A stretch of DNA of 64,000 bases, taken from sequence record PP886230; one strand, 5' to 3'. Below the pieces are notes generated by a model, which saw only the letters and a list, made by a program, of their open reading frames with translations, was not told the origin of the DNA and did no database searches. The DNA comes from Escherichia phage vB_EcoM_E9.1. Within the stretch, counting starts at the first letter, position 1. Each line of letters begins with the position of its first letter. Made by a program: the position numbers and the translations under genes. Positions 37,616-45,617 of this stretch are shown in pieces.

Positions 37616-38725
37616 TTACTTGGGTAATGGAATTGTGGTCCATCTATTTGCGGCAACGTCACCTGGTACATATGTAGGACTACCACTTACAGCAATAGTT
37701 TCATTACCATCATATACAACACTGAAGTTTGTGCACGTATACAACGCTGCGGCATCTGGATTGTAATTTTCAAGTGTTAGTGTATTGGTGAACAAATTCA
37801 ATGCAGTAGTTGAGCCGTTTTTACCATATGCACCTGTAGTATATATCTTTCCTTCTGTTGTTGAGTACATATTAACATATGACCCAGATGATGATTTAGC
37901 AATTTTATCTATCTTGCTATCTATTGTTTTAGAGTTAAATTGAAATGGATATACCTGTACGTTAGTATCTAAACCATTTCCCAGTTCCCCATTTAACTGC
38001 CACCCTGTGTGGTACATTCCCGCATTTGTATATGCAAGCGTACTATACGCATTACCACCCATTATTTTAGTGCCAGATAATTTTAAACCAAACGATGTCC
38101 ACTTACCAGTTTCATTTCCTATGGAACCATAAGCACTTGTACCACACGCACGAAGCTCGCCATTTGACGTTAGAAGCACTGTATTATTAACGTTACCAAA
38201 TATATCAATAACCTGATTAGTGCCATTATTCAGTACTGAAGTAAAAGTACTCTGTGAGTAAGTACTACCTGAACCAACAGAACCATTTGTGTTCATACCT
38301 CTTCCATATACAATTTTACCATCAGCACTAACATAGTGCATTGAATCAAAACCAATGGATATCATTTTAATATCAGATATATCTGGAAATGAAGAAGTTA
38401 CATCTACTCCACCTAGTGGAATTGTATTATTTCCTAAACCTAATGAGACATTAGTTCCGTGCATTATAAATTTATCTTCTTTAAAATATAAAATATTATA
38501 TCCACCAGCCCATGCATTATTAACGCCATTTGTAATCAGTACCCATTTATTTTGTGTAGTAGTTCCAGTAATATTTAACTGTTGATAGTTATTGATTCCA
38601 CAACCATATAGCGATCCATCACCATATAGTACATATAAATTATCATATCCTGCAATAACTTTCTTTATTTTTTTGGGTACAGGTGCTACATTCCCATACT
38701 TTAACATTCTTCCAAAAGGTAACAT
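37616..38725 (-). CDS. leader-tagged RCC1-like beta-propeller protein (first cassette)
   Basis: leader MLPFGRMLKYGNVAP; divergent promoter region upstream. Confidence 0.7.
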   Translation of the reverse strand: MLPFGRMLKYGNVAPVPKKIKKVIAGYDNLYVLYGDGSLYGCGINNYQQLNITGTTTQNKWVLITNGVNNAWAGGYNILYFKEDKFIMHGTNVSLGLGNNTIPLGGVDVTSSFPDISDIKMISIGFDSMHYVSADGKIVYGRGMNTNGSVGSGSTYSQSTFTSVLNNGTNQVIDIFGNVNNTVLLTSNGELRACGTSAYGSIGNETGKWTSFGLKLSGTKIMGGNAYSTLAYTNAGMYHTGWQLNGELGNGLDTNVQVYPFQFNSKTIDSKIDKIAKSSSGSYVNMYSTTEGKIYTTGAYGKNGSTTALNLFTNTLTLENYNPDAAALYTCTNFSVVYDGNETIAVSGSPTYVPGDVAANRWTTIPLPK

Positions 38726-38828
38726 TATTTTCTCCTTTATTCATTATATCATATTTACCTCCTAACGAAAACCCTTGACATTCTTTCAGTACTGGTGTAC
38801 TATAGAAGGAATATAAGGAGAACTACAC
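38726..38828. promoter_or_regulatory. divergent promoter region between the two arrays
   Basis: plus strand TTGACA (~38775) - 17 nt - TACTAT then aaggag RBS; minus strand TATAAT plus RBS for first RCC1 cassette. Confidence 0.5.
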
Positions 38829-39056
38829 ATGACAAATACTCTTAAGTACTACCTCAATACTCTAAATGAACTAGAGTACGGGGAATTTCTCGCGGATAGT
38901 TCGTGGCTAATTGAGCTAAAAAATTATAATAGTCCAGGATGCACCCTTATGATGAACAATGCAATTGATACCCTCATTGTGAGTATTTTACACAGCAACA
39001 TCTGCGGGGATAGCAATAAACAATTATCAAAAATCTTAGTACTGCTATCTATATGA
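38829..39056 (+). CDS. small-paralog family member (75 aa)
   Basis: N-term ..KYYLNTL, central NNAIDT, hydrophobic C-term ILVLLSI. Confidence 0.6.
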   Translation: MTNTLKYYLNTLNELEYGEFLADSSWLIELKNYNSPGCTLMMNNAIDTLIVSILHSNICGDSNKQLSKILVLLSI

Positions 39057-39256
39057 ATATCGAACAGTACTACATCGATGCACTACCAACAAAAGGTCTA
39101 CGTGAAAGCCTACTGCATACACAAACTAATTTCAAACACCTCAAACGTAGCCCTAAACTCCTGAACTCGTACAGGAATAATAACATAAGAAATGCTTTAC
39201 AAGGGGTAGAATGTATGCAATACTATTACATCCTTACCCTATTAATCGAGTACTAA
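39053..39256 (+). CDS. small-paralog family member
   Basis: family motifs; start overlaps upstream stop. Confidence 0.6.
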   Translation: MNIEQYYIDALPTKGLRESLLHTQTNFKHLKRSPKLLNSYRNNNIRNALQGVECMQYYYILTLLIEY

Positions 39257-39257
39257 T

Positions 39258-39467
39258 ATGAATACTGAACATAAAGAATTCTACACCAAATACCTTAGCA
39301 ACGAAGAACAATTGTTTCTAAGGAGTGTATCACCTGTAAGTACCAATACTCAATTCGGTAGAGATTGCTTTAATAATTGTATACGTAGTACTCTAGAAGC
39401 AATCGAATGCAATAACAAAAATATTATGTACTCAGGTTTAATAGGACTAATATATTTCTATGAATAA
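39258..39467 (+). CDS. small-paralog family member
   Basis: MNTEHKEFYTKY...FGRDCFNNCI...LIGLIYFYE. Confidence 0.6.
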   Translation: MNTEHKEFYTKYLSNEEQLFLRSVSPVSTNTQFGRDCFNNCIRSTLEAIECNNKNIMYSGLIGLIYFYE

Positions 39468-39654
39468 TCATAAAGATTTCTATTGTAGTAAACTACCCAA
39501 ACAAGAACAGCTATCATTCTCTTTAGCACCACCTATGAGAAAGGATAATCTGTATTATAATTACGATTTCAGGATGGTGACACGTTATGCAATAGAACAT
39601 CAGTTCCCTGAAACTAAGTACCGCTCTATCCTGAACCTCATCTTTAAGTTCTAA
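39460..39654 (+). CDS. small-paralog family member
   Basis: MNNHKDFYCSKL...; overlapping start. Confidence 0.6.
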   Translation: MNNHKDFYCSKLPKQEQLSFSLAPPMRKDNLYYNYDFRMVTRYAIEHQFPETKYRSILNLIFKF

Positions 39655-39706
39655 AAGGTACACCAGGGACCGAGTACTTTAATATAGTAAGGCTAATTAC
39701 ATTATA

Positions 39707-39892
39707 ATGAATCATATAAGCTACTACTACCAACAACTATCCGACAGAGACAAGTACAGTCACAACTCCCATGTGTGGTACTACAAACGCGGCAGTATAA
39801 GAGACAAACAACATTACTTCTGTATTTCTATTAAAGAAGCACTGACAACTAAGTACACGTACCGAGCAGTACTTAAACTTATTGAAATGTAA
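39707..39892 (+). CDS. small-paralog family member
   Basis: C-terminal YRAVLKLIEM. Confidence 0.55.
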   Translation: MNHISYYYQQLSDRDKYSHNSHVWYYKRGSIRDKQHYFCISIKEALTTKYTYRAVLKLIEM

Positions 39893-39902
39893 AGAGAATA
39901 CT

Positions 39903-40085
39903 ATGAACATTGAATTGTACTTAAGTAAATTACAGCCTGGCGATAGATTCATCTACAATAAGTTCGAATTCAACTACAAGAACGGGAGCAACAAATATCG
40001 TCGAGGATACCTATATACAAGCACAAGAGATGCACAAAACGAAAAGTACACATACAGAGAAGTACTTAAACTAATCTCTATTTGA
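39903..40085 (+). CDS. small-paralog family member
   Basis: internal ATG (MNIELYLSKL); C-term YREVLKLISI. Confidence 0.55.
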   Translation: MNIELYLSKLQPGDRFIYNKFEFNYKNGSNKYRRGYLYTSTRDAQNEKYTYREVLKLISI

Positions 40086-40093
40086 GGTAATAT

Positions 40094-40279
40094 ATGAATA
40101 CATTTGAGTACTATACCAATAAACTATCTATGCCTGAAAGATCTCATCTCTATGTGTGGAGAAATGCGTATAAAAGCGGCAATAAACTTATACAAAGAAA
40201 TTCCCTTACAGTGTGTACAAATTTAATTAAAGCAGAGTACCGCACATATATTGAAGTACTCAAACTGATAGCAATATAA
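40094..40279 (+). CDS. small-paralog family member
   Basis: MNTFEYYTNKL...YIEVLKLIAI. Confidence 0.6.
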   Translation: MNTFEYYTNKLSMPERSHLYVWRNAYKSGNKLIQRNSLTVCTNLIKAEYRTYIEVLKLIAI

Positions 40280-40287
40280 GGTACTCT

Positions 40288-40467
40288 ATGCAAGAATTCT
40301 ATATCTATAACCTCCAGCACAAAGATAGATACAACTATAATAAATTCCAAAGGTACTACACAGTCGGGAACAAAAGAGATAAAAAACGTTATCTACTCTC
40401 GTGTACAGTAGAAGCACAAAACGAAAAGTACACGTACAGAGAAGTACTTAAACTAATCTCAATCTAA
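40288..40467 (+). CDS. small-paralog family member (59 aa, not in track)
   Basis: MQEFYIYNLQ...YREVLKLISI; fills gap between neighbours. Confidence 0.5.
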   Translation: MQEFYIYNLQHKDRYNYNKFQRYYTVGNKRDKKRYLLSCTVEAQNEKYTYREVLKLISI

Positions 40468-40474
40468 GGTAGAC

Positions 40475-40663
40475 ATGAACACTTTTGAGTACTACTTCAA
40501 TAAACTAAACCACATAGAACAAAGTATGCACCACACATTTATTCAGAACCATCAATCATCTTCACCTCTAATTAAAAACATATCGATTGAGATTATCACT
40601 ACCCGTGTACAGTCATCTGAACGTTATATGTATATTGATGTACTGAAACTCATCTCTATGTAA
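40475..40663 (+). CDS. small-paralog family member
   Basis: MNTFEYYFNKL...YIDVLKLISM. Confidence 0.6.
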   Translation: MNTFEYYFNKLNHIEQSMHHTFIQNHQSSSPLIKNISIEIITTRVQSSERYMYIDVLKLISM

Positions 40664-40671
40664 GGAATACT

Positions 40672-40851
40672 ATGCAACAATTCTATAGAGAACACATAAG
40701 CATTAAAGACCGTTTCATGTACGACACCTTCGTGAAGTACTACAAACTAGGAACAAAAAGTACTAAAAATATTAATCTCAATAGCTGCATTTATGCTGTA
40801 CTAACACAAGATAATCCCTACAGGGAAATCATTGCCCTGGCATCTATATAA
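40672..40851 (+). CDS. small-paralog family member (59 aa, not in track)
   Basis: MQQFYREHISIKDRF...; fills gap. Confidence 0.45.
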   Translation: MQQFYREHISIKDRFMYDTFVKYYKLGTKSTKNINLNSCIYAVLTQDNPYREIIALASI

Positions 40852-40861
40852 AGGAAACCAA

Positions 40862-41521
40862 ATGAAACTTAATCCACACAGCAAACAATACCTTAAGCAC
40901 TTTAAATACCTCAACAGTATTCAAGCAGAATCTTTTACACCAGCATATACGTATCACCCAAATGTACTAAAGAAACGAAATAAAAAGAAAAAATCCAGAA
41001 ATGTTCTCGTATCTAAGAACCTCAAATCGTACTTGAAGAAAAATAATATAGCTCTTGCTTTTATTAATATCTATAATACTGATTTAAAAGTATTGAGTAC
41101 TAATACCAGCACAAAAGCACTAAAGAATGCATCTATCTATATACACATGGATAATATCCCGTGCACTATAATTCTATCTTTCGGGAATGTATACTTCTTC
41201 GGGAATTGTAATAGCACCCATGATATCAGTACTGCACAATTCCAAATCGGCGATATGTACTGCATGGGTTCAGAAAAAATACACGATAACATGCACTTCT
41301 TCCAAAAGCAACGTACTAACGAAACTGATACAGTACTGCAATTCCTAAAAGAACTACAAAACAAAGAATTAACACCAGAAGAAGAATTCATGTACAGTAC
41401 TGTAATCGATAATCCAGAACTCTATAAAAACGCGTACAATCTAACAAAACATGTACAGGAACTTATCAGTACTGATAAGAAATTTCATCACCTCATTACG
41501 TATATTTCAAACTATGTATAA
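40862..41521 (+). CDS. hypothetical protein (220 aa) embedded in small-paralog operon
   Basis: ATG with aaggaaacc RBS; unrelated to flanking family. Confidence 0.5.
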   Translation: MKLNPHSKQYLKHFKYLNSIQAESFTPAYTYHPNVLKKRNKKKKSRNVLVSKNLKSYLKKNNIALAFINIYNTDLKVLSTNTSTKALKNASIYIHMDNIPCTIILSFGNVYFFGNCNSTHDISTAQFQIGDMYCMGSEKIHDNMHFFQKQRTNETDTVLQFLKELQNKELTPEEEFMYSTVIDNPELYKNAYNLTKHVQELISTDKKFHHLITYISNYV

Positions 41522-41696
41522 AGAATACTACAAAGATAAAATCCCAATGCATCTACAACACCATATACCAAACGTTGCATTGGGTATCAAAGATCACGCA
41601 AAGATAATGTTCCAACAATGTACTAAGTACACGCTCATATACGATGATAATCCATATATGCTGTACTACGTAGTAATGCTAACATTCAGGTACTAA
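41514..41696 (+). CDS. small-paralog family member
   Basis: MYKEYYKDKIPMHLQHHIP...MLTFRY; ATGTATAA overlap. Confidence 0.55.
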   Translation: MYKEYYKDKIPMHLQHHIPNVALGIKDHAKIMFQQCTKYTLIYDDNPYMLYYVVMLTFRY

Positions 41697-41697
41697 T

Positions 41698-41877
41698 ATG
41701 AATACTTATAAAGAATTCTACCTCTCGTACCTTAATTCCGATATAGTAACATCCAATACATTCAGTACTAAAATTATCTATAATGAATTAATGAAAGAAT
41801 GTATTAAAGGTGCTATTAACCCTAAAGATACGTATGACTTGTACTATGCAGTACTAACCCTTGTTTTCACGAAATAA
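41698..41877 (+). CDS. small-paralog family member (59 aa, not in track)
   Basis: MNTYKEFYLSYL...KECIKGAI...LTLVFTK. Confidence 0.5.
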   Translation: MNTYKEFYLSYLNSDIVTSNTFSTKIIYNELMKECIKGAINPKDTYDLYYAVLTLVFTK

Positions 41878-41885
41878 CACATAAT

Positions 41886-42077
41886 ATGAATAACCACATA
41901 GAATACTACATAGAGAAACTCCCAATGTATCTCCAACACCTTGTACCAACAGTACCATTGGGTATAGAAAAAAACTACGAAAAAGACTACTTCATTCAGT
42001 GCACTAAATCCTCGATATATATTGAAGACTATAATCGAGTACTGTATCACATCCTTTTACTAATATATAGGTACTAA
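41886..42077 (+). CDS. small-paralog family member
   Basis: MNNHIEYYIEKLPMYLQHLVP...LLLIYRY. Confidence 0.6.
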   Translation: MNNHIEYYIEKLPMYLQHLVPTVPLGIEKNYEKDYFIQCTKSSIYIEDYNRVLYHILLLIYRY

Positions 42078-42078
42078 T

Positions 42079-42261
42079 ATGCACAAAGAATACTACACAC
42101 AATTTCTCCCCAGCATTTTTGAACACTACGCCAGATACAAAGTCCCTATGGATAACGATTTGGCAGTACTGGGATTCAATAACTGCATAGAACGAAGTAT
42201 AGAAAATAGTAGTAGTTATGACCAGCTATATAACACTATCCTACTTATATTCAGGTACTAA
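42079..42261 (+). CDS. small-paralog family member
   Basis: MHKEYYTQFL...NNCIERSIEN...LLIFRY. Confidence 0.6.
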   Translation: MHKEYYTQFLPSIFEHYARYKVPMDNDLAVLGFNNCIERSIENSSSYDQLYNTILLIFRY

Positions 42262-42262
42262 T

Positions 42263-42451
42263 ATGCATAAAGAATACTACACAAAATATTTCCCAATGTA
42301 CCTCAGTACTAATCTATTAGATAAACCTCGCGGTATCAATGCACAAAACGATAAAGTGTACTTTACTATGTGCACTAAAGCATGTATACTAGATTTTGAC
42401 AGCTATCATCGAGTACTGTATCATACCCTGTACCTAGCTTTCGTATTCTAA
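42263..42451 (+). CDS. small-paralog family member
   Basis: internal ATG (MHKEYYTKYF). Confidence 0.55.
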   Translation: MHKEYYTKYFPMYLSTNLLDKPRGINAQNDKVYFTMCTKACILDFDSYHRVLYHTLYLAFVF

Positions 42452-42460
42452 AAGAACAAT

Positions 42461-42646
42461 ATGCATAAAGAATTCTACTTAAGCCATCTCGATCTAAACT
42501 CCCAAATGCTTATACCACTAATCCCAATAGATATCAAGGATAAGAAAAATACCGAACAATTCATTTACCATACACAGTGTGCGATCACCCCAAATTACAT
42601 TCCATATGAATTGTACTACATTATCGCCCTAATATATAGGTACTAA
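42461..42646 (+). CDS. small-paralog family member
   Basis: MHKEFYLSHL...IALIYRY. Confidence 0.6.
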   Translation: MHKEFYLSHLDLNSQMLIPLIPIDIKDKKNTEQFIYHTQCAITPNYIPYELYYIIALIYRY

Positions 42647-42647
42647 T

Positions 42648-42833
42648 ATGCATAGAGAATACTACACACAATTTGTTAAAGGGAACTACAAATGTGCCGT
42701 ACCCAGAACCCCTTTAAATTCTCATGACCCAAGTACTATATTCTTGTTTAATGACGCAATACGTACAGTACTCAATACTAAAGATGAAGATGTGCAGTAC
42801 GTATTCTTACTATTACTTATATACAGACACTAA
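42648..42833 (+). CDS. small-paralog family member
   Basis: MHREYYTQFV...LLLLIYRH. Confidence 0.6.
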   Translation: MHREYYTQFVKGNYKCAVPRTPLNSHDPSTIFLFNDAIRTVLNTKDEDVQYVFLLLLIYRH

Positions 42834-42838
42834 CTAAT

Positions 42839-43048
42839 ATGAATAAAGAACATAAAGAATTCTACTCCAAATACATAAGCCCCTCAGAACAAATGTTTCT
42901 AAGGACTACTCCACCTTTAAGTACTAATACATTTTTCGGCAGAGTATGCTACAATAATTGTATTCAAATGACTTTAAACGCAAATGAAGATGGTAACAGT
43001 ACTAACCTGTACTCCGGCATCATAGGTATACTATTCCTGTATGAATAA
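42839..43048 (+). CDS. small-paralog family member
   Basis: MNKEHKEFYSKY...FGRVCYNNCIQ; close paralog of 39258. Confidence 0.6.
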   Translation: MNKEHKEFYSKYISPSEQMFLRTTPPLSTNTFFGRVCYNNCIQMTLNANEDGNSTNLYSGIIGILFLYE

Positions 43049-43229
43049 TTACAAAGACTTCTATTTGAATACACTACCTACTGTACTTTCTCTAAGTGCT
43101 CAATGTAAAATCCCCCTGGATAATGCTTACGCCAGATATAGCTATTCCATAACTGTTAATCGATGTATAGAGAATCATTGCAGTACTAACCAGTACTATA
43201 ACATAATCCTACTTATATTCAGGTACTAA
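43041..43229 (+). CDS. small-paralog family member
   Basis: MNNYKDFYLNTL...VNRCIENHC...LLIFRY. Confidence 0.6.
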   Translation: MNNYKDFYLNTLPTVLSLSAQCKIPLDNAYARYSYSITVNRCIENHCSTNQYYNIILLIFRY

Positions 43230-43230
43230 T

Positions 43231-43413
43231 ATGAATAAAGAACATAAAGAATTCTATATACGAAAACTAACATTCGTCCCCGTAAGAATATATAAAGAAT
43301 GCGACCCAAGATTATACCTATGGCACTTCAATGAGTGCATAAAAGATTCTATATACCATAAGAACTATAAAGAACAATTGTGCTCAGTACTAACACTAGT
43401 ACTATCATATTAA
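43231..43413 (+). CDS. small-paralog family member
   Basis: MNKEHKEFYIRKL...FNECIKDSI. Confidence 0.6.
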   Translation: MNKEHKEFYIRKLTFVPVRIYKECDPRLYLWHFNECIKDSIYHKNYKEQLCSVLTLVLSY

Positions 43414-43428
43414 TTAATAGAGAATACT

Positions 43429-43620
43429 ATGTATAAAAACTTCTATATAAGTAAACTAAAAGAAAATGAACAAGTATGGATTAGATCTATAATTCCACTG
43501 GCATTTAATAGATATGCATTTAACAGATGTACCGAGATTGCTATAGACCCTTATAATATTAAAGAGAATGTACAGTATAATCAGTACTACTATATCTTAA
43601 TGCTTATATATAGAAAGTAA
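43429..43620 (+). CDS. small-paralog family member (last)
   Basis: MYKNFYISKL...FNRCTEIAID...LMLIYRK. Confidence 0.6.
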   Translation: MYKNFYISKLKENEQVWIRSIIPLAFNRYAFNRCTEIAIDPYNIKENVQYNQYYYILMLIYRK

Positions 43621-43639
43621 TTAAACACATAGAGACAGG

Positions 43640-43715
43640 GGAAGCTCCTAGTGAACAACCTTTATGTACAGGCGAATTGTTAAAATTCAGCCTGGACAAA
43701 TGCGATCACTAGGAT
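43640..43715 (+). other. long imperfect inverted repeat (possible RNA structure or terminator)
   Basis: ggggaagctcctagtga ... tcactaggattctcccc enclosing an inner caggc/gcctg stem. Confidence 0.4.
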
Positions 43716-44265
43716 TCTCCCCAGGCTAAACCCCGTAATCATAGGTAGTCATAAGTAATCATATATAAACATTTATATGAGCACCGTAGAATCACAGAAT
43801 GATTATATATGATTCAGTACTGATTAGTATAGACAAGATTGCTCAAGAATGCACGGAAATGTGTGTGAATGATTCAGTACTGATATGCCACTAAGTAGGC
43901 AGAGGAAGTCTGCCGTACTTTGTAGTTTCCAAGCTCCTTTTCCATTTTGTAAATTACATCAAATGTAATCAAAAGTAATCACGCAATGATTAGTACTGAA
44001 TTATTACTTTCACCTTAATTACAATTACCCTTTTACCCTTCGGGGTAAAATTCAATTACCCCTTGAGGCTCCAGCAAAAAGTTGGTTAGTACTCCATCCT
44101 AAATCTCGATCCTAAAAATTTTGGAGTACCTATGAAATAAAAGTTGGATCTTCGAAAGTTGAAATTTACGTTGGGACGTTTATGATTTGTGGGATATAAT
44201 GATGTTTGTAGACGGGTAGTTCTCAAGAATATCAGTACTGAATGGTGAAAGAAAGTTATTGACAT

Positions 44266-44296
44266 TATGATTCAGTACTGTATAATGTTTTACATA
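44266..44296 (+). promoter_or_regulatory. sigma70-type promoter with no downstream ORF
   Basis: TTGACA - spacer containing cagtactg - TATAAT, then gttttacat; no ORF over 60 aa for >1 kb. Confidence 0.45.
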
Positions 44297-44599
44297 GAGA
44301 GATGAGTTGCCGCAAACAATTCATTCACTCTACCTCCTGTCGTGAGACAGTACAGAAAGATAGTTCCTCCAATGGGTGGTACATCTTTTTGAACCTCATA
44401 TGAAAATTGTAATAACAGTACTGATATTAACAGAATGGTGTCAGTACTGATTTTAATCTAAAGCATTATGCCACCAGCACAAGCTGGTGGATTCCCTCTA
44501 ACAGTATTCAGTACTACATGATAGTCTTCATCCTCCTAGGGTAACATAGTGAGGGCTATGATGGCAGTACTGAATACTCCCTTTCAAAAGATAGATCTA

Positions 44600-44800
44600 T
44601 GGTATAGTACTGACGGATTTTGGGCGTAGTTACCCTGGATGGATTTTGGACGTAGATATGTCTAGCCCTCCAGAAGTCTGGAAGTAAAGATGGCTATCCA
44701 TCTAGACGGCTAAACGGCTAGATTTCTGGATGGCTAGACGTTTGGACGGCTAAACGGCTAGATGGGTACACGTCTGGAAGTATAGACGGCTAAATCAAAA
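44600..44800. repeat. iteron-like direct repeats
   Basis: gacggctaaacggctagat twice (~44705, ~44745), partial third copy, ctggaagta twice, attttggRcgta repeats. Confidence 0.55.
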
Positions 44801-45410
44801 TTTTATTTTGTTTTTCCAATAGTTCCCCTACCGCGTGGGGATAGTTTCCCCGCAGTATCTGAAGTTAGATTTTTCTGAATCTGGAATCATTATCTTATAA
44901 ACTGGGGGCAATGTCAACGGCCTGGCCGGATATTTTTAAAAATTTTTTCAGTACTGAATTTTGGGCGTAACTATGCACCCGATGGGCTTGAGTCTTTCTC
45001 GACTTGATGGAACTATTATACAGTACTGAAAAAATAAAGCAATACCCTGGAAGCAAAAAAGTTTTAATTAATTTGCTTGCTATCCTGGGCCGGACTATGG
45101 TACTATATTTCAGTACTGAGAAAGTGCGTTTACCTGCTAGGGTGCGGGAGTCTATCCTTTTTTTATATCTTGAATTTTGGACGGATCTTCCCACCCCCTG
45201 GGGTATCCGCTTTCTCGCGTCTATGTAGTAATTATACGCTTTTTCAGGATCAAGTCAATACCTAAAAACAAAATAATTGAAAATAATTTAACGCGTTTAA
45301 ACGGCCCGTAACGCCCTGGATTGTTGGGAGTGGTGCAAATGTATAGCTTAGGTGTATTAATGCGTTAGAATGCGTCTGAGGCCGTTTTATGGGGTGTAGT
45401 AGTGATTTGG

Positions 45411-45503
45411 TTGATTCAGTACTGAATAATAGTACTCCTATATAGAAAGATAGTTCCCCTGGATTGATTCAGTACTGAATAATAGTACTCCTATATAGAA
45501 AGA
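45411..45503. repeat. 40-bp perfect direct repeat x2
   Basis: ttgattcagtactgaataatagtactcctatatagaaaga at ~45411 and ~45464. Confidence 0.7.
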
Positions 45504-45534
45504 AAACTATTTTAAAAGTATTTGTAGAAAGTAC

Positions 45535-45593
45535 TTGCACCGTACTGATAAAAGCGTATAATGTTTTACATCGAGAGCGGGAACACTTCCCGC
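45535..45593 (+). promoter_or_regulatory. PeSL-like cassette: promoter plus 5' stem-loop
   Basis: TTGCAC - 16 nt - TATAAT gttttacatcgaga GCGGGAAcacTTCCCGC. Confidence 0.6.
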
Positions 45594-45617
45594 TACACTT
45601 TAAGAGAGATTAATACG

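Noticed and set aside
26506-38585. Plus-strand ORFs of 60-110 aa inside the minus-strand array (e.g. 26506-26808, 28883-29128, 29661-29888, 29809-30063, 32138-32464, 35520-35708, 37251-37520, 38355-38585)
   Set aside because: They are antisense shadows of the long propeller and Gly-rich genes, with no RBS or promoter of their own.
24611-38725. Calling the propeller array a tail-fibre or receptor-binding locus
   Set aside because: No structural-module genes (baseplate, tail, chaperone) are in the window and the promoters look early-type; it is kept only as one hypothesis.
28190-38780. T4 late promoters (TATAAATA) driving the minus-strand array
   Set aside because: The spacers carry TATAAT, not TATAAATA, so late-type transcription is not supported by sequence.
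45561-45617. Track ORFs beginning MFYIE... (45561, 50654, 52568, 62245, and similar N-terminal extensions at 46368, 48344, 52820, 63106)
   Set aside because: Their ATG is the one inside the -10 hexamer TATAATG and they read through the 5' hairpin; the real starts are the downstream ATGs preceded by an RBS.
43621-45617. tRNA genes in the ORF-free region
   Set aside because: No GTTC-type T-arm with matching acceptor stem was found by eye; this needs tRNAscan-SE before firm exclusion.
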